Assembly: GCF_001194135.2 (NCBI RefSeq)
Contig: NC_068985.1
Coordinates: forward strand, 9,756,334 to 9,800,572
Origin: Octopus bimaculoides
Lineage: Eukaryota
Length of the DNA: 44,239 nt
Direction of reading: 5' to 3'
Below are positions 22,213-35,290 of the stretch, piece after piece (position 1 is the stretch's first letter; every line of letters starts with the position of its first letter). Made by a program: the position numbers and the translations under genes. Under the pieces are notes generated by a model. The model was not told the DNA's origin, made no database searches, and saw only the letters and a list, made by a program, of their open reading frames with translations.

Positions 22213-22680
22213 TGTTTCTTTATTGGCCACACAGGGCTGAACACAGAGGGGACAAAATACAAAATAGAGCTTTCTTTTTTGGAAAGGAAAGAAAAAAAGT
22301 GGGGTAGAATTTCGATCAAAAGGGATCGTGAAAAAAAAAGTGGGGAAGCCGATCAATAGGGATCGTGTATCACAGAAATGTCATAATGTAAAATGGGAAA
22401 CAGATTAGGTTTATCCATGGAAAGAAAAGCCTACGGAAAAGACCACGGTAACCTCGGGCAATAATGTCATGCAAAAAACACATTACAGTAAGTAACTCTT
22501 TTTTCCTTTCTTTTTTCTGGTTCATAGGATTATGCTCAAGGTGGCTCCGTCATTCACACGTGCCATCCTTGCTGCATTCATCCATCTTTTCTTGAAGCAT
22601 TCACTAAACAAAACTTCCCTCTCTACTCTTACCATCCTCTTCAAGTGATACTTGAAGTCGATGAGAGATTGACCAGATAA
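22212..22680 (-). mobile_element. Second, shorter 3' fragment of the same LINE family
   Basis: FKYHLKRMVRVEREVLFSECFKKRW paralogous to the longer copy; ends AATAAAGAAACA + (TATC)n. Confidence 0.85.
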
Positions 22681-22727
22681 ACGGATCGATAGATAGAGAG
22701 ATAGATAGATAAACGGATACATATACG

Positions 22728-22787
<60 letters not shown>

Positions 22788-22795
22788 CATATACG

Positions 22796-22847
<52 letters not shown>

Positions 22848-23787
22848 TGTTTCGTTATTAGCCACACAGGGCTGAACACAGAGGGGACAAGTTACAAAGT
22901 AGAGCTTTTCTTTTTGCGGGAAGAGAAGGAAGGAAAAAAATTATAAAAAATAAAATAAAGGTGGCGGCGGGAGGTTTTCGATCAAAAGGAATCGTAAAAA
23001 AAAAAAACGACCAATAGGGATCGTGTATCACAGAAATGTCATGATGTAATGTGTAAAGGGGGAAACAGATTAGGTTTATCCGTGGGAAGAAAAGTCTAAG
23101 GAAAAGACCACGGTAACCTCGGGCAATAATGTCATGCAAAAAAACGCATTACAGTAAGTGACTCTTTTTTCCTTTCATTTTTTGGTTCGTAGGATTATGC
23201 TCAAGGTGGCTCCGTCATTCACACGTGCCACCGTTGCTACATTCAACCATCTTTTCTTGAAGCATTCAGTAGACAGAACTTCCCTCTCTACTCTTACCTT
23301 TCTCTTCACGTGATACTTGAAGAACTTGATGAGGGATTCACCAGAAAGGAAAGTGTTTGTCTCTAGACCTTTCAGATGCGTCCACCATACACATTCTTTC
23401 GCCATAGCCGCAAGTACGATGAAAATGGCTCTTCTTTCCCGTTTCAAGGAAGTAGGCGCGACAATATTCACGATAGACTCGGCTGATAAACTGAGTCGTC
23501 CCACACGCGATAGGAGTCGTTCGACATAAGCCCACAGGTCGGAAATGGTTGGACACTGTACGAGTGCGTGCAGAACGGTTTCGTCGCTCTGACCGCAGCT
23601 CGGGCAAGTCGGCCCCTTGTTTCTCGAGCCATGCCTGTAGAGCTTATCCCGAACGGGTAGCGCTTCCCGATAGCACTGCCAAGCCAGAGATCTCTGGAAG
23701 TTGTCCATAGGTCCCGCCGCGAAACAGGCGGGTCAGGTATTCCTCGTCGACGCCCTGGTTCGCACCGAGATCGTCGTCGTACTTCCA
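22848..23787 (-). mobile_element. Tx1/L1-like non-LTR retrotransposon 3' fragment (ORF2 C-terminal zinc knuckle + 3' UTR)
   Basis: ORF 23175..23708 has the zf-RVT-like CPSCGQSDETVLHALVQC motif; 3' UTR ends AATAACGAAACA then (TATC)n; frameshift upstream of 23708. Confidence 0.85.
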
Positions 23788-24240
23788 TGCCATACAAGCA
23801 GGAGAACCCAGTCATGGCTGTCAGACAATTTCTGCGACCACATCCCCCCTAACATCTGGCCACCTAACTCCCCAGACTGCAACCCCTTGATTATTATGTG
23901 GGGGCGCAGTTAAGCCAACAAAACTCCTTTGTAACACCAGAGATGAACTGAAGGCAAGGATTATGGCAACATTCACCAACTTAAACAAGGAGACCATCCA
24001 GAAGAGTTGCAGAAGATTCTGAAGTCGTCTGNNNNNNNNNNTAAACAAGGAGACCATCCAGAAGAGTTGCAGAAGATTCTGAAGTCGTCTGGAAGCTGTG
24101 GTTGAAGCCAATGGCAATTTTATTAAATAAATTTACTCTTTAGTGTTTCAAGATACTTTTATGTAATTTTGGTAAATATATTTGTTAAAATGAGATATCA
24201 GTGTTCACTTTTGCGTAATTTAGACGACAAATTATTCACC
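23783..24240 (+). mobile_element. Tc1/mariner (DDD-type, maT-like) transposase C-terminal remnant
   Basis: PCHTSRRTQSWL...WPPNSPDCNPL(D)YYVWG and RLEAVVEANG; frameshifts and a stop. Confidence 0.8.
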
Positions 24241-24292
24241 AAAGCACATATATATACGTGTGTGTGTGTGTGTGTGCATAGAATATGTAGGC

Positions 24293-24450
24293 ATTAGCGT
24301 AGCTGGGGGCGGGGTAGGTCCAATCCGGGCGGCACTTTTAAAGGGGTGGAACTTTTGGGTCTGCTGTAGGCAATATGTGTCTTTTTGTGGGGTCAGGGAG
24401 CGGCAAACGGAAGTGTCGCCCCGGGCGGCACATACTCTAGCTACGCTAGT
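24293..24450. mobile_element. Short GC-rich MITE-like insert
   Basis: TAGCGTAGCT / AGCTACGCTA inverted ends; no TSD resolved. Confidence 0.45.
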
Positions 24451-24842
24451 TTATACAGATATAGTAGAAGACACTTGCCCAAGGTGTCACGCAGCGGGAC
24501 TGAGCCCGGAACCATGTGGTTGGGAAGCAAGCTTCTAAACACATAGTTACGTCTGCGCCGAATACGTGTATATGTGCATGTGCGTGTATGTGTGAGTATG
24601 TGTATGTGTGTGTGTGTGTGTTAAAGAAATTTTATACGTTCGCTGTATAAGTTTTAAATTCAACTTAATTCGTTGTTAGTAATTGATAGTGTAAAGCTTA
24701 AAGTAATATCATTACTATATAATTAAGCATTTAAGTGGATTACTGATCTCAGTTTTTAATTTCTTATTACAGATTACCCATGGATGGTGTGAATTATTGG
24801 CAATATTCCATCAAATATCCTAGTTTCATTTCACCCAGAAAA

Positions 24843-25060
24843 TATTCTTTTCTACTCTTGGCACAAGGCCCGGAATTTTTGGGGAGGGAGTCAGTCGATT
24901 AGATCGACCCCAGTAGGCAACTGGTACTTAATTTATCGACCTCTGAAAGGATGAAAGGCAAAGTCGACCTCGGCGGAATTTGAACCCAGAACGTAAAGAC
25001 AGACGAAATACCGCTAAGCATTTCGCCCGGCGTGCTAACGTTTCTGCCAGCTCGCCGCCT
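24843..25060 (-). mobile_element. Family-B SINE, full length
   Basis: Complete head, core and tail in reverse complement. Confidence 0.88.
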
Positions 25061-25329
25061 TTTTCAGGCAGAGGCCAAAATTACGAGACCAATGCGTTTT
25101 CCCTCTATGGCAGATTTTCAAAATTACTTGTTTCGGTCATGTTGGAGCACTGCTTTGAAGAGTTTAGCCCAGTACATATTTATTAACTTTAGTTCTTATT
25201 CTATCGGCTTCTTTTGCTGAACTGCTATGTTACAGGACGTAAACAAACCAACAACGGTTGTCTAGCGGTGATGGGGGGGGGGAACAGACACAATACAAAC
25301 ACAAAGAAACGAACACAATTAGTAACATG

Positions 25330-25732
<403 letters not shown>

Positions 25733-26395
25733 AGTATTCAACCCAGTAAACCCACGGGTTTTGTGGGTGCGATTTTGTGTGACGTTTGGAAAACGTAAAA
25801 GCAGGCACCCACATGGTTTTGTGTCTATAGCTTTGCTAAGTGGGAGAAACTTCGTTATTTGCAGTCATAAACACAAACCATGTGGCCTCCCCTTTTCAGC
25901 GTCTTCCAGGGTTTCCGTCAAATGAAATCACTCCCGCTGAAGCTTAATCGTAGGCTGAAATGGTTAAAAACAACGGAACGGAAAGATGATTTTCGAGCAA
26001 CGAAAACACTGAATCACGTGTTTAGTAATGGCGTATATGAAGTAGGCGAGTGTTCTCTCGAATCCTTTGAGATTTCCAAGATAACTACAAAATCTAAGCC
26101 GCATAATTGTGATAAAACTTTAGTTCTATCTTCATTGTCTGCTGTAATTAAAGACGTCCTGACGCACAGTGAATAGGAAATTACATAGGTAATCTCTTTG
26201 AGTGACTCATCAACATCGACGTGCAATGATGAAATGGTGAAAGATGGACAACTGCAAAGGAAGCAGTTTTCATTAAAAATCGATGACTATTTTTAGGGAT
26301 AATAACGTCCTTCAGAATGTTTGCCTCAAGAGGCAATGCTTTTTGACAAGAGGCTGAAAACAGATACGAACAATGAAACCATCTTTCAAGAAAAT

Positions 26396-26610
26396 GATAT
26401 CATCATCATCATCGTTTAACGTCCGCTTTCCATGCTAGCATGGGTTGGACGATTTGACTGGGGACTGGCGAACCAGATGGCTGCACCAGGCTCCAATCTG
26501 ATTTGGCAGAGTTTCTACAGCTGGATGCCCTTCCTAATGCCAACCACTCCGAGAGTGTAGTGGGTGCTTTTACGTGCCACCGGCACGAAGGCCAGTCAGG
26601 CGGGTACTGT
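26396..26610 (-). mobile_element. RTE-like 3' end or derived SINE with (GAT)n tail
   Basis: (ATC)n at 26396-26413 followed by the GGATGCCCTTCCTAATGCCAACC motif. Confidence 0.6.
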
Positions 26611-26869
26611 AATAAAAATTGTCAAGTTTTGTCAAATCAAATGTAGGTGCTGAAGAATAGAAATTGCAATGGCTTCCAAAAACGGCAATTGTATTTATTG
26701 CATTGTTGTACCTTGTGAAAGGATTGCGACATTTCTGGATTGTACGAGACTAAACGAATTGTTGGTTGTTGCCGGATTAAAGCTTAATTTGCTGAATAGT
26801 CACAAGAAAACCGCACATGCATACATACATACATACATACATACATACATACATACATGTATACGTACA

Positions 26870-27240
26870 TACTTTGAACTATTGGGAAATCTGCAGTTAC
26901 TCTATCCGGGTTACAAGTTCTGTAATATAATTATTTGGGCCCTGGGATATGTAACACACCGCCTAAATACCAATCTTGAGAAATTAGGCTTCTCAAAACC
27001 AGAAATGAGAAAGCTAATTCGAAGACTACAGATCCAATCCATCACTGGAACTGTAAAAATCTGTAAAACTTACCAGAAGTTTATCATTTAAATATATACG
27101 TGCACGTCTATATATGCAAGTATCTGCATGAGAAGACATGCATAGAACAAAACATAAATCTGCACGTATACATACACACATACATGCATACATACGCATA
27201 TATACATATTTATGTATCTACCTATCCAGCAATCTGTCTT
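26870..27240 (+). mobile_element. 3' end of a restriction-like-endonuclease LINE (R4/NeSL-like) with UTR
   Basis: LLYPGYKF..IIIWALGYV...LEKLGF...LQIQSITGTVKICKTYQKFII* resembles the REL-domain C-terminus. Confidence 0.65.
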
Positions 27241-27245
27241 CAAGA

Positions 27246-27277
<32 letters not shown>

Positions 27278-27480
27278 NNNNNNNNNNNNNNNNNNNNNNN
27301 NNNNNNNNNNNNNNNNNNNNNNNNNNNNNNNNNNNNNNNNNNNNNNNNNNNNNNNNNNNNNNNNNNNNNNNNNNNNNNNNNNNNNNNNNNNNNNNNNNNN
27401 NNNNNNNNNNNNNNNNNNNNNNNNNNNNNNNNNNNNNNNNNNNNNNNNNNNNNNNNNNNNNNNNNNNNNNNNNNNNNNNN

Positions 27481-27553
<73 letters not shown>

Positions 27554-29139
27554 ACCCGTGCATTTACATATCGGTTTGTTCAGCTAGTTGAACGAACTGA
27601 CAGACGAAACCTCGACGAAACTTGAAACCTCGGTCAACTTGATCTTCGCAATATATTTGTCTCTAGTCTCAGCATGGAATCATCCCCTTAAAACATGTTC
27701 CGTTGTCTTTCTTAAACGTATTTTAAAATAACTATTTTACCGCACGTACACACAGACATACACACAAGTCAACACACACGGATATATTTGCATATATTTT
27801 CCTATTAAATAAACGAGTTTTACAGTATTTTTTATATATCTATATTTGTGTGTCCGTGTGTGCATATATTATATATAATTTTTGCCATGTTTCTTTTTGA
27901 GAGCTACCATTTAAGGCAAAATTCCACTACGTAGAGTAGAATAGATTTGTATATTTATGTATAACATTTATGCATACAGTGAACAATAAGTTATGAAGTC
28001 AAAAATTAAAAGGGAAAATAGTTTATGGTATATCTTATGTAGAACGCAAAAAGGGTAGTTAAAAGATTAGTGGTGGAAGCTACCGGGGACAAATTATACA
28101 TTTATTACCAAAAGAAGCCAAATGTCAATGCTCAAAAATAGCATTGTAACGATTCTGCTATCTATAGTCCTGCTGGCTTAAGAAAACATTATCCAAATAA
28201 GGGCATTACAAATGTCTACGGTAACAGACTGCCATATTTTACTTCTATTCTTTCTGATTCTGATTTCGTTTTGAGTGCAGATCATGCGGTTACAGGATCG
28301 ATATATGTCATGGTTATACAACAGATGTAAGAAAATCGATAGGCGGCATTTCGAACATTACAAAATTAATAGTTAAATGAAATAAAGAATGTATTGTTTC
28401 ATGCGATTTATTTTTGAAGCTAATTTACCTGTCTTGCATATTTTAATCTTTTAATGTACATCTTTAACGCTAGCGAAATTCAGTAAATGTACTTATCAAG
28501 GTTGTTATTTTAATCCACTCGCAGTTTTAAATAATACAGCCTTGAGCATATTTCAGTAGATTAACTGATTAAATATTGCTTTTGTATAAATATTTATACA
28601 ACTTTAAAAAATGACAATCGAAACTTGCATTATTATAAATTATTTTCCAGCTGATAAAACAATATTGATTATTGCTACTCCTCTTGGCTGGATCTTTCGA
28701 TGATTTTTACATCGTTGCTTCACAATCATGTCAGCTTCAAATACCTAACACAACATCTGAGTTTAATCCATCGATTTAAAACAAAATCAAGCAAAAATGG
28801 AGAGAACTTTCTTTTTATGAATTCCATCTATTATGGCGGGATAAGTAAACCGCTTTACATGTAAGATGTAAAGTGAGGCTCACAATTTAACGATAAAAGG
28901 GGTAAAGAACTATGTTTTTGAAGCGTTAGTTGTTGTTTTTCCCTGTATCGACCTTGATATAACAGACCCTTGATCAAAAGCATTCAAATCTCTTTCAGAG
29001 TCAAGATATACTTTCTCAATCAACAACTGCTAACTCTGTACAAGGCTCAAATGAAAAGTAGCCCCTCAGCTGGGGTGACGCCGATGTTGCTTCAGACACA
29101 GACGTCATAGATTTCGTCTAAAGAAAGACCACCCGATTG

Positions 29140-29470
29140 ACAGGTTTGGAGTCGCTCTTCAACACACGCACCAACAGACATGTGCCACAGATATGCTATC
29201 TCTATTTTCTGCCTCTGTCTATCGATACAACAACAGCCCCTTCCTTCGCAAGCTGGTATCATACCATCTCGATTTGGCCCCTTTCAACTCATTCGACTCG
29301 TCTTTCATCACGTCTATTATTTATGCCCCATTAGAGTTCGCATCAAACTTCCACGGCCAATACTTCCTTTCCTCCTCAGAACGTCACCTTATGAAATTTT
29401 CCTTTGGGTTATGTTTTTTTTCCTTCCTGCAGTCGTTCAACTGAACATTGACTGTATCAACTTCCATGTC
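29140..29470 (+). mobile_element. Degenerate CR1-like LINE 3' fragment
   Basis: Fragmented translation resembles the CR1 ORF2 end; a related copy lies at ~5370-5790(-) (PAVV..LN.DCI in both). Confidence 0.45.
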
Positions 29471-29616
29471 ATAGGTTCTCTGGGACCATAGGCACAGAGG
29501 TTCTTAGACGACAAGCATGGCTGTGACGCTAAGATGTTCGCTTCACAACCACGCATGTCTCTGGTTCAGTCTCACTGTACATCACCTTCAACAAGTGTCT
29601 CTTCTTGCTCATGTGT

Positions 29617-29847
29617 TATTTCTTTACTACCCACAAGGGGCTACACACAGAGGGGACCAACAAGGATAGACAAACGGATTAAGTCGATTATATCGACCCC
29701 AGTTGCGTAACTGGTACTTATTTAATCGACCCCGAAAGGATGAAAGGCAAAGTGGACCTCGGCGGAATTTGAACTCTGAACGTAGCGGCAGACGAAATAC
29801 CGCTAAACATTTCGCCCGGCGTGCTAACGTTTCTGCCAGCACACCGC
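29617..29847 (-). mobile_element. Family-B SINE monomer with alternative (LINE-like) tail
   Basis: Exact 16-bp TSD CTTCTTGCTCATGTGT (29601-29616, 29848-29863); sits next to a decayed family-A head (~29510-29600). Confidence 0.9.
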
Positions 29848-30384
29848 CTTCTTGCTCATGTGTGCTACCGGTAACATGTAACCGAGAACAGCCCATTGAA
29901 TGACCGGGCCATCGATGACTAAACGGGCAACAGCAGGAAGCCTACTTGGTGAATAGGGTGGTTTTGGGACACCCTGCAGGAGGAAAAGCCATTTCCATCA
30001 AAGGGCGTTTGGACTCAGGAATGTCACCAGCCATCCAATTACATATTATGTATATATTTCTGCATAGGGACTTAAAACTTACGGGTTTGGTGCCCAGGTG
30101 TGCTTCTAAGAACTTACCTTACGAGAAGCCAAAAGATGAGACATATATATATATGTGTGAGTGTGTGTATGTATACCATGTGGTATTTTCCAAATTATTG
30201 TTATCGCTGAAATACCAACATCAAACCACTATACCGCATGACCTTTCTCGACCAATCACAGGCTAACGTCCAGTAATAAACATTGACTCTCTTCAATCGA
30301 ACTCTCATTGAGACCCCAGTGGCCGAAGACTGGCCACACACTTGAAACTCAGAGTACCAAGGACTCTGAATGAAACTATTTTGA

Positions 30385-30388
30385 TCTC

Positions 30389-30436
<48 letters not shown>

Positions 30437-30449
30437 CCTACCTACCTAC

Positions 30450-30528
<79 letters not shown>
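30385..30528. repeat. (TATC)n microsatellite
   Basis: Direct inspection; other arrays at 2889-2930 (GA), 35981-36230 (TG/TATG), 37815-37928 (CATA), 43415-43495 (TATC). Confidence 0.97.
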
Positions 30529-30934
30529 NNNNNNNNNNNNNNNNNNNNNNNNNNNNNNNNNNNNNNNNNNNNNNNNNNNNNNNNNNACACACGTTATAAA
30601 TGACAGAGAAAATGTTTGATAAACTTCTATTTAACAATAAGAAAAATCCTAATATCACGACAAATTATTTCGTAATGCAAAAACATGCAAATAATTTATA
30701 TTATTATATTTAATAATAAATTACTCATATGTCTGCATTAATGCAGGTATATATGTACTTGCTTAAAAGCTGCACTCCTTGCAGACTTTTACGCTAGCTC
30801 CTGCAGAGGGAAAATTGGGCCTGTGGCCAAAAACTAATGAGAGAAATGATAATAATAAAGCATTTATTGGTATCCTACCATCTCTGATTTATATCACAGA
30901 GTATCACATGTGGAGAATTTTGTATCACTGTGAT

Positions 30935-31330
30935 ACTCTTTTACTTGTTTCAGTCATTTGACTGTGGCCATGCCGGAGCACCGCCTTTAGTCGAGCAAAT
31001 CGACCCCAGGACTTATTCTTTGTAAGCCTAGTACTTATTCTACCGTTCTTAGGCCGAACCGCTAAGTTACGGGGACGTAAACACACCAGCATCGGTTGTG
31101 AAGCGATTTTGGAGGGACAAACACAGACACACAAACATACACACACATATATACATATACATATATACGACGGGTTTCTTTCAGTTTTCCGTCTACCAAA
31201 TCCACTCACAAGGCTTTGGTTGGCCCGAGACTATAGCAGAAGACACTTGCCCAAGGTGCCACGCAGTGGGAATGAACCCGGAACCATGTGGTTGGTAAGC
31301 AAGCTACTTACCACACAGCCACTCCTGCGC
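30935..31330 (-). mobile_element. Family-A SINE, near full length
   Basis: Collinear with 18528-18910. Confidence 0.88.
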
Positions 31331-31334
31331 CTAC

Positions 31335-31600
31335 ATTGCATTAGTTTCCAATCGACAACGTGGATAGTTTCATTCTTTGGTGCAAGTGTTGCTCTTTCGC
31401 AAAGCCAATCATGATCTTGAAAATTTATCCAATGTTTGGATAAACCTTGGTAATCAGCTCTTCTACAATTCTGACCAAAATGTCACAGCCATTTGGAAAA
31501 GTGATGTCTTCATTACTGTCTTGCTGAATACTTCCATTTCTCAGATCCAGTAGCAGAGATGCAAATCTTCCAGCAGCCAAATCTCTGGATAAATTGACTT
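31335..31600 (-). mobile_element. Helitron PIF1-helicase fragment
   Basis: FASLLLDLRNG...VEELITKVYPNI then DWLCERATLAPKNETI. Confidence 0.8.
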
Positions 31601-31605
31601 CGCCA

Positions 31606-31750
31606 AAAGTCCGATCTGGCCGGAAGTTCAATCAGGCAGAAAGTCCGATTTGGGCCGCAAGTCTGATTTGGGTCGAAAGTCCGATTTGGGCCGGAAGTTC
31701 GATTTGGGCCGAAAGTTCGATTTGGGCCGGAAGTTCGATTTGGGCCGAGA
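31606..31750. repeat. 18-bp tandem repeat (GATTTGGGCCGGAAGTTC)~8
   Basis: Direct inspection; units degenerate toward the helicase fragment. Confidence 0.9.
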
Positions 31751-34502
31751 CTTCATGAACACGTAACCTCTCCCTCTAACTTGGATCTAGTTTTACACGA
31801 ACTGAATTGAAAATATTTTATAAATTCACAAAGTTTTGGTATTACTTTAAATTCAGTTTAAATGAATATATGTATGNNNNNNNNNNNNNNNNNNNNNNNN
31901 NNNNNNNNNNNNNNNNNNNNNNNNNNNNNNNNNNNNNNNNNNNNNNNNNNNNNNNNNNNNNNNNNNNNNNNNNNNNNNNNNNNNNNNNNNNNNNNNNNNN
32001 NNNNNNNNNNNNNNNNNNNNNNNNNNNNNNNNNNNNNNNNNNNNGGCTCAAAAAGAAGCTATGTTCGGCCTCAAAGAATTAAATACTCAAATATAAATCT
32101 GAGTCTGAATATTCTAAATCTATAATCGTTAGTCCGACAAAATATATTCTGTTTCACCTGTAGCTCATCGGATCCCCGTCAATTGATAATACATACATGT
32201 GTATGTGTGTGCTCGTTTGTGTTTCTGAGTACCTTACTTTTCCAGCATACAGGACGAATTTTTGAGAACAAAATTTAGAGCAAAAAAAAAAAAATGGCGG
32301 GGTTGACTCCTAGACTAAGACAACTTTGGAGGACCGAAAGTTCCATGTAAAATGCAACTGGATTTGGAAAGATAGTAACCATGTTTGAATTTTTACACGC
32401 CATCTTTGCATTGTATACTACGTCACTTGTATGTCGAAAAATGGTATGTGTTGTCTCTGAGTTCGTTTATATTTAAAGCAGTAAACAAATGTCAAATTGT
32501 GTCTCTTTATTGGATACATATATGGCTGTTAGATTAAGAAGTTCGCTTCGTAACTACGTGGTTTCGGGTTCGAATCCACCATGGGGAATTCAATGTTTGC
32601 AGAGAATATATTTATATATGTGTGTGTGTACGAGGGTGTATATGTATGCATGCATGCATGTATGTATGTATGTATGTATGTATGTATGTATGTATGTATG
32701 TATAAACATATACATGTGTATGTATGCATATATATATATATATCAGACCAGCCTCGGATTGCTCAGCAATACGACCTCTTTTCTACCATCATTTGTAATA
32801 AAACCTTGTGAAATGAAATTTAAGAAACAGTAACTGTGTGAGACCTATATATATATATATANNNNNNNNNNNNNNNNNNNNNNNNNNNNNNNNNNNNNNN
32901 NNNNNNNNNNNNNNNNNNNNNNNNNNNNNNNNNNNNNNNNNNNNNNNNNNNNNNNNNNNNNNNNNNNNNNNNNNNNNNNNNNNNNNNNNNNNNNNNNNNN
33001 NNNNNNNNNNNNNNNNNNNNNNNNNNNNNNNNNNNNNNNNNNNNNNNNNNNNNNNNNNNNNNNNNNNNNNNNNNNNNNNNNNNNNNNNNNNNNNNNNNNN
33101 NNNNNNNNNNNNNNNNNNNNNNNNNNNNNNNNNNNNNNNNNNNNNNNNNNNNNNNNNNNNNNNNNNNNNNNNNNNNNNNNNNNNNNNNNNNNNNNNNNNN
33201 NNNNNNNNNNNNNNNNNNNNNNNNNNNNNNNNNNNNNNNNNNNNNNNNNNNNNNNNNNNNNNNNNNNNNNNNNNNNNNNNNNNNNNNNNNNNNNNNNNNN
33301 NNNNNNNNNNNNNNNNNNNNNNNNNNNNNNNNNNNNNNNNNNNNNNNNNNNNNNNNNNNNNNNNNNNNNNNNNNNNNNNNNNNNNNNNNNNNNNNNNNNN
33401 NNNNNNNNNNNNNNNNNNNNNNNNNNNNNNNNNNNNNNNNNNNNNNNNNNNNNNNNNNNNNNNNNNNNNNNNNNNNNNNNNNNNNNNNNNNNNNNNNNNN
33501 NNNNNNNNNNNNNNNNNNNNNNNNNNNNNNNNNNNNNNNNNNNNNNNNNNNNNNNACGTTAAGGATACACGTGTCTGTGGAGTGCTCAGCCACTTGCACG
33601 TTAATTTCACGAGCAGGCTGTTCTGTTGATCGTATCAACTCAACCCTCGTTCAGCTGATACGATATATATATATATATATATACAACAGGTTTCTTTCAG
33701 TTTCTGTCTACCAAATCCATTCACAAGGCTTTGGTCAACCCGAAGCTATAGTAGAAGACTATAGCTCAAGGTGTCACGCAGTGGGACTGAACCCAGAGCC
33801 ACGTGGTTGGGAAGCAAGCTTCCTACCACACAGACACTCCTGCGACATATGTGCAACTTATTGGTTCTACTTCTTCAAAACACAACATTTTAAGACATTT
33901 TTAAAAATATAATTTCAAATTATATTTAATTATAAAAATATGATAGAATTTTTTTATAACATTGAATAGGGATGAGGGTCCGTACGAGTAGAATAGAAAC
34001 CAAAGGTTGAGTGAGAAGCACTGCATTAAACAACTAAAAACGATACACGTAACCAAGCGATTGAATTAATAGAGATCGATAAAATAAATGCCAAGAGTGA
34101 ATAAGCACTGGGGTTAATATGGCCGATTAAAAAGAAAACCCTTGAAGGCTGTTTCACAACATGGCCGCAGTTCTATGGTTGGAAGCAGTAAAGGAGTAAT
34201 GCATAAGAGACATGAGTTGGTGCAACGTGAGATTTAGAACTGTTCGCTAGTAATAGTAATATCATAAGCAATTAGATACAGATTTTACGATTATCCATTA
34301 ATTCCTTCGTAGATAAGTAAAAAAAAGAAAGTGTATTAAGCTAATCTCTGAAATCTAATCTTTTTTTCAGTTTATTGTATCAAATGTTTTGTTATATAAT
34401 TTTAAACAGAATAACAACCTTTGTCACATTTAAAAATATTGGTAGCTGAAGACATGTTGGGGTGGGGGTGAAAGAGAGAGAAGGAGAGACACAGAGCGAG
34501 AC

Positions 34503-34544
<42 letters not shown>

Positions 34545-35290
34545 AACTGGAAAATATGCAAAATAGACTCAATGAGACGAGGTTTTATGTTAACCGTTGT
34601 TCTGATGTGGAGTGTAAAAGCCATTTATACATTTGTATCTCTCTCTCTNNNNNNNNNNNNNNNNNNNNNNNNNNNNNNNNNNNNNNNNNNNNNNNNNNNN
34701 NNNNNNNNNNNNNNNNNNNNNNNNNNNNNNNNNNNNNNNNNNNNNNNNNNNNNNNNNNNNNNNNNNNNNNNNNNNNNNNNNNNNNNNNNNNNNNNNNNNN
34801 NNNNNNNNNNNNNNNNNNNNNNNNNNNNNNNNNNNNNNNNNNNNNNNNNNNNNNNNNNNNNNNNNNNNNNNNNNNNNNNNNNNNNNNNNNNNNNNNNNNN
34901 NNNNNNNNNNNNNNNNNNNNNNNNNNNNNNNNNNNNNNNNNNNNNNNNNNNNNNNNNNNNNNNNNNNNNNNNNNNNNNNNNNNNNNNNNNNNNNNNNNNN
35001 NNNNNNNNNNNNNNNNNNNNNNNNNNNNNNNNNNNNNNNNNNNNNNNNNNNNNNNNNNNNNNNNNNNNNNNNNNNNNNNNNNNNNNNNNNNNNNNNNNNN
35101 NNNNNNNNNNNNNNNNNNNNNNNNNNNNNNNNNNNNNNNNNNNNNNNNNNNNNNNNNNNNNNNNNNNNNNNNNNNNNNNNNNNNNNNNNNNNNNNNNNNN
35201 NNNNNNNNNNNNNNNNNNNNNNNNNNNNNNNNNNNNNNNNNNNNNNNNNNNNNNNNNNNNNNNNNNNNNNNNNNNNNNNNNNNNAATTTA

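Noticed and set aside
23175-23708. 177-aa ORF as a host gene
   Set aside because: LINE ORF2 C-terminus, frameshifted upstream, with a paralogous fragment beside it.
23981-24092. Exact ~50-bp duplication across a 10-N gap; similar at 25387-25550
   Set aside because: Typical unmerged contig overlap, not a biological tandem repeat.
25880-26400. 98-aa and 70-aa ORFs; also unexplained stretches at 37990-39000 and 41340-41600
   Set aside because: No motif recognised; probably old transposon debris, needs a translated search.
27585-27640. CTGACAGA...GAAAC as a second hammerhead
   Set aside because: Core has an insertion and I could not build consistent stems I-III.
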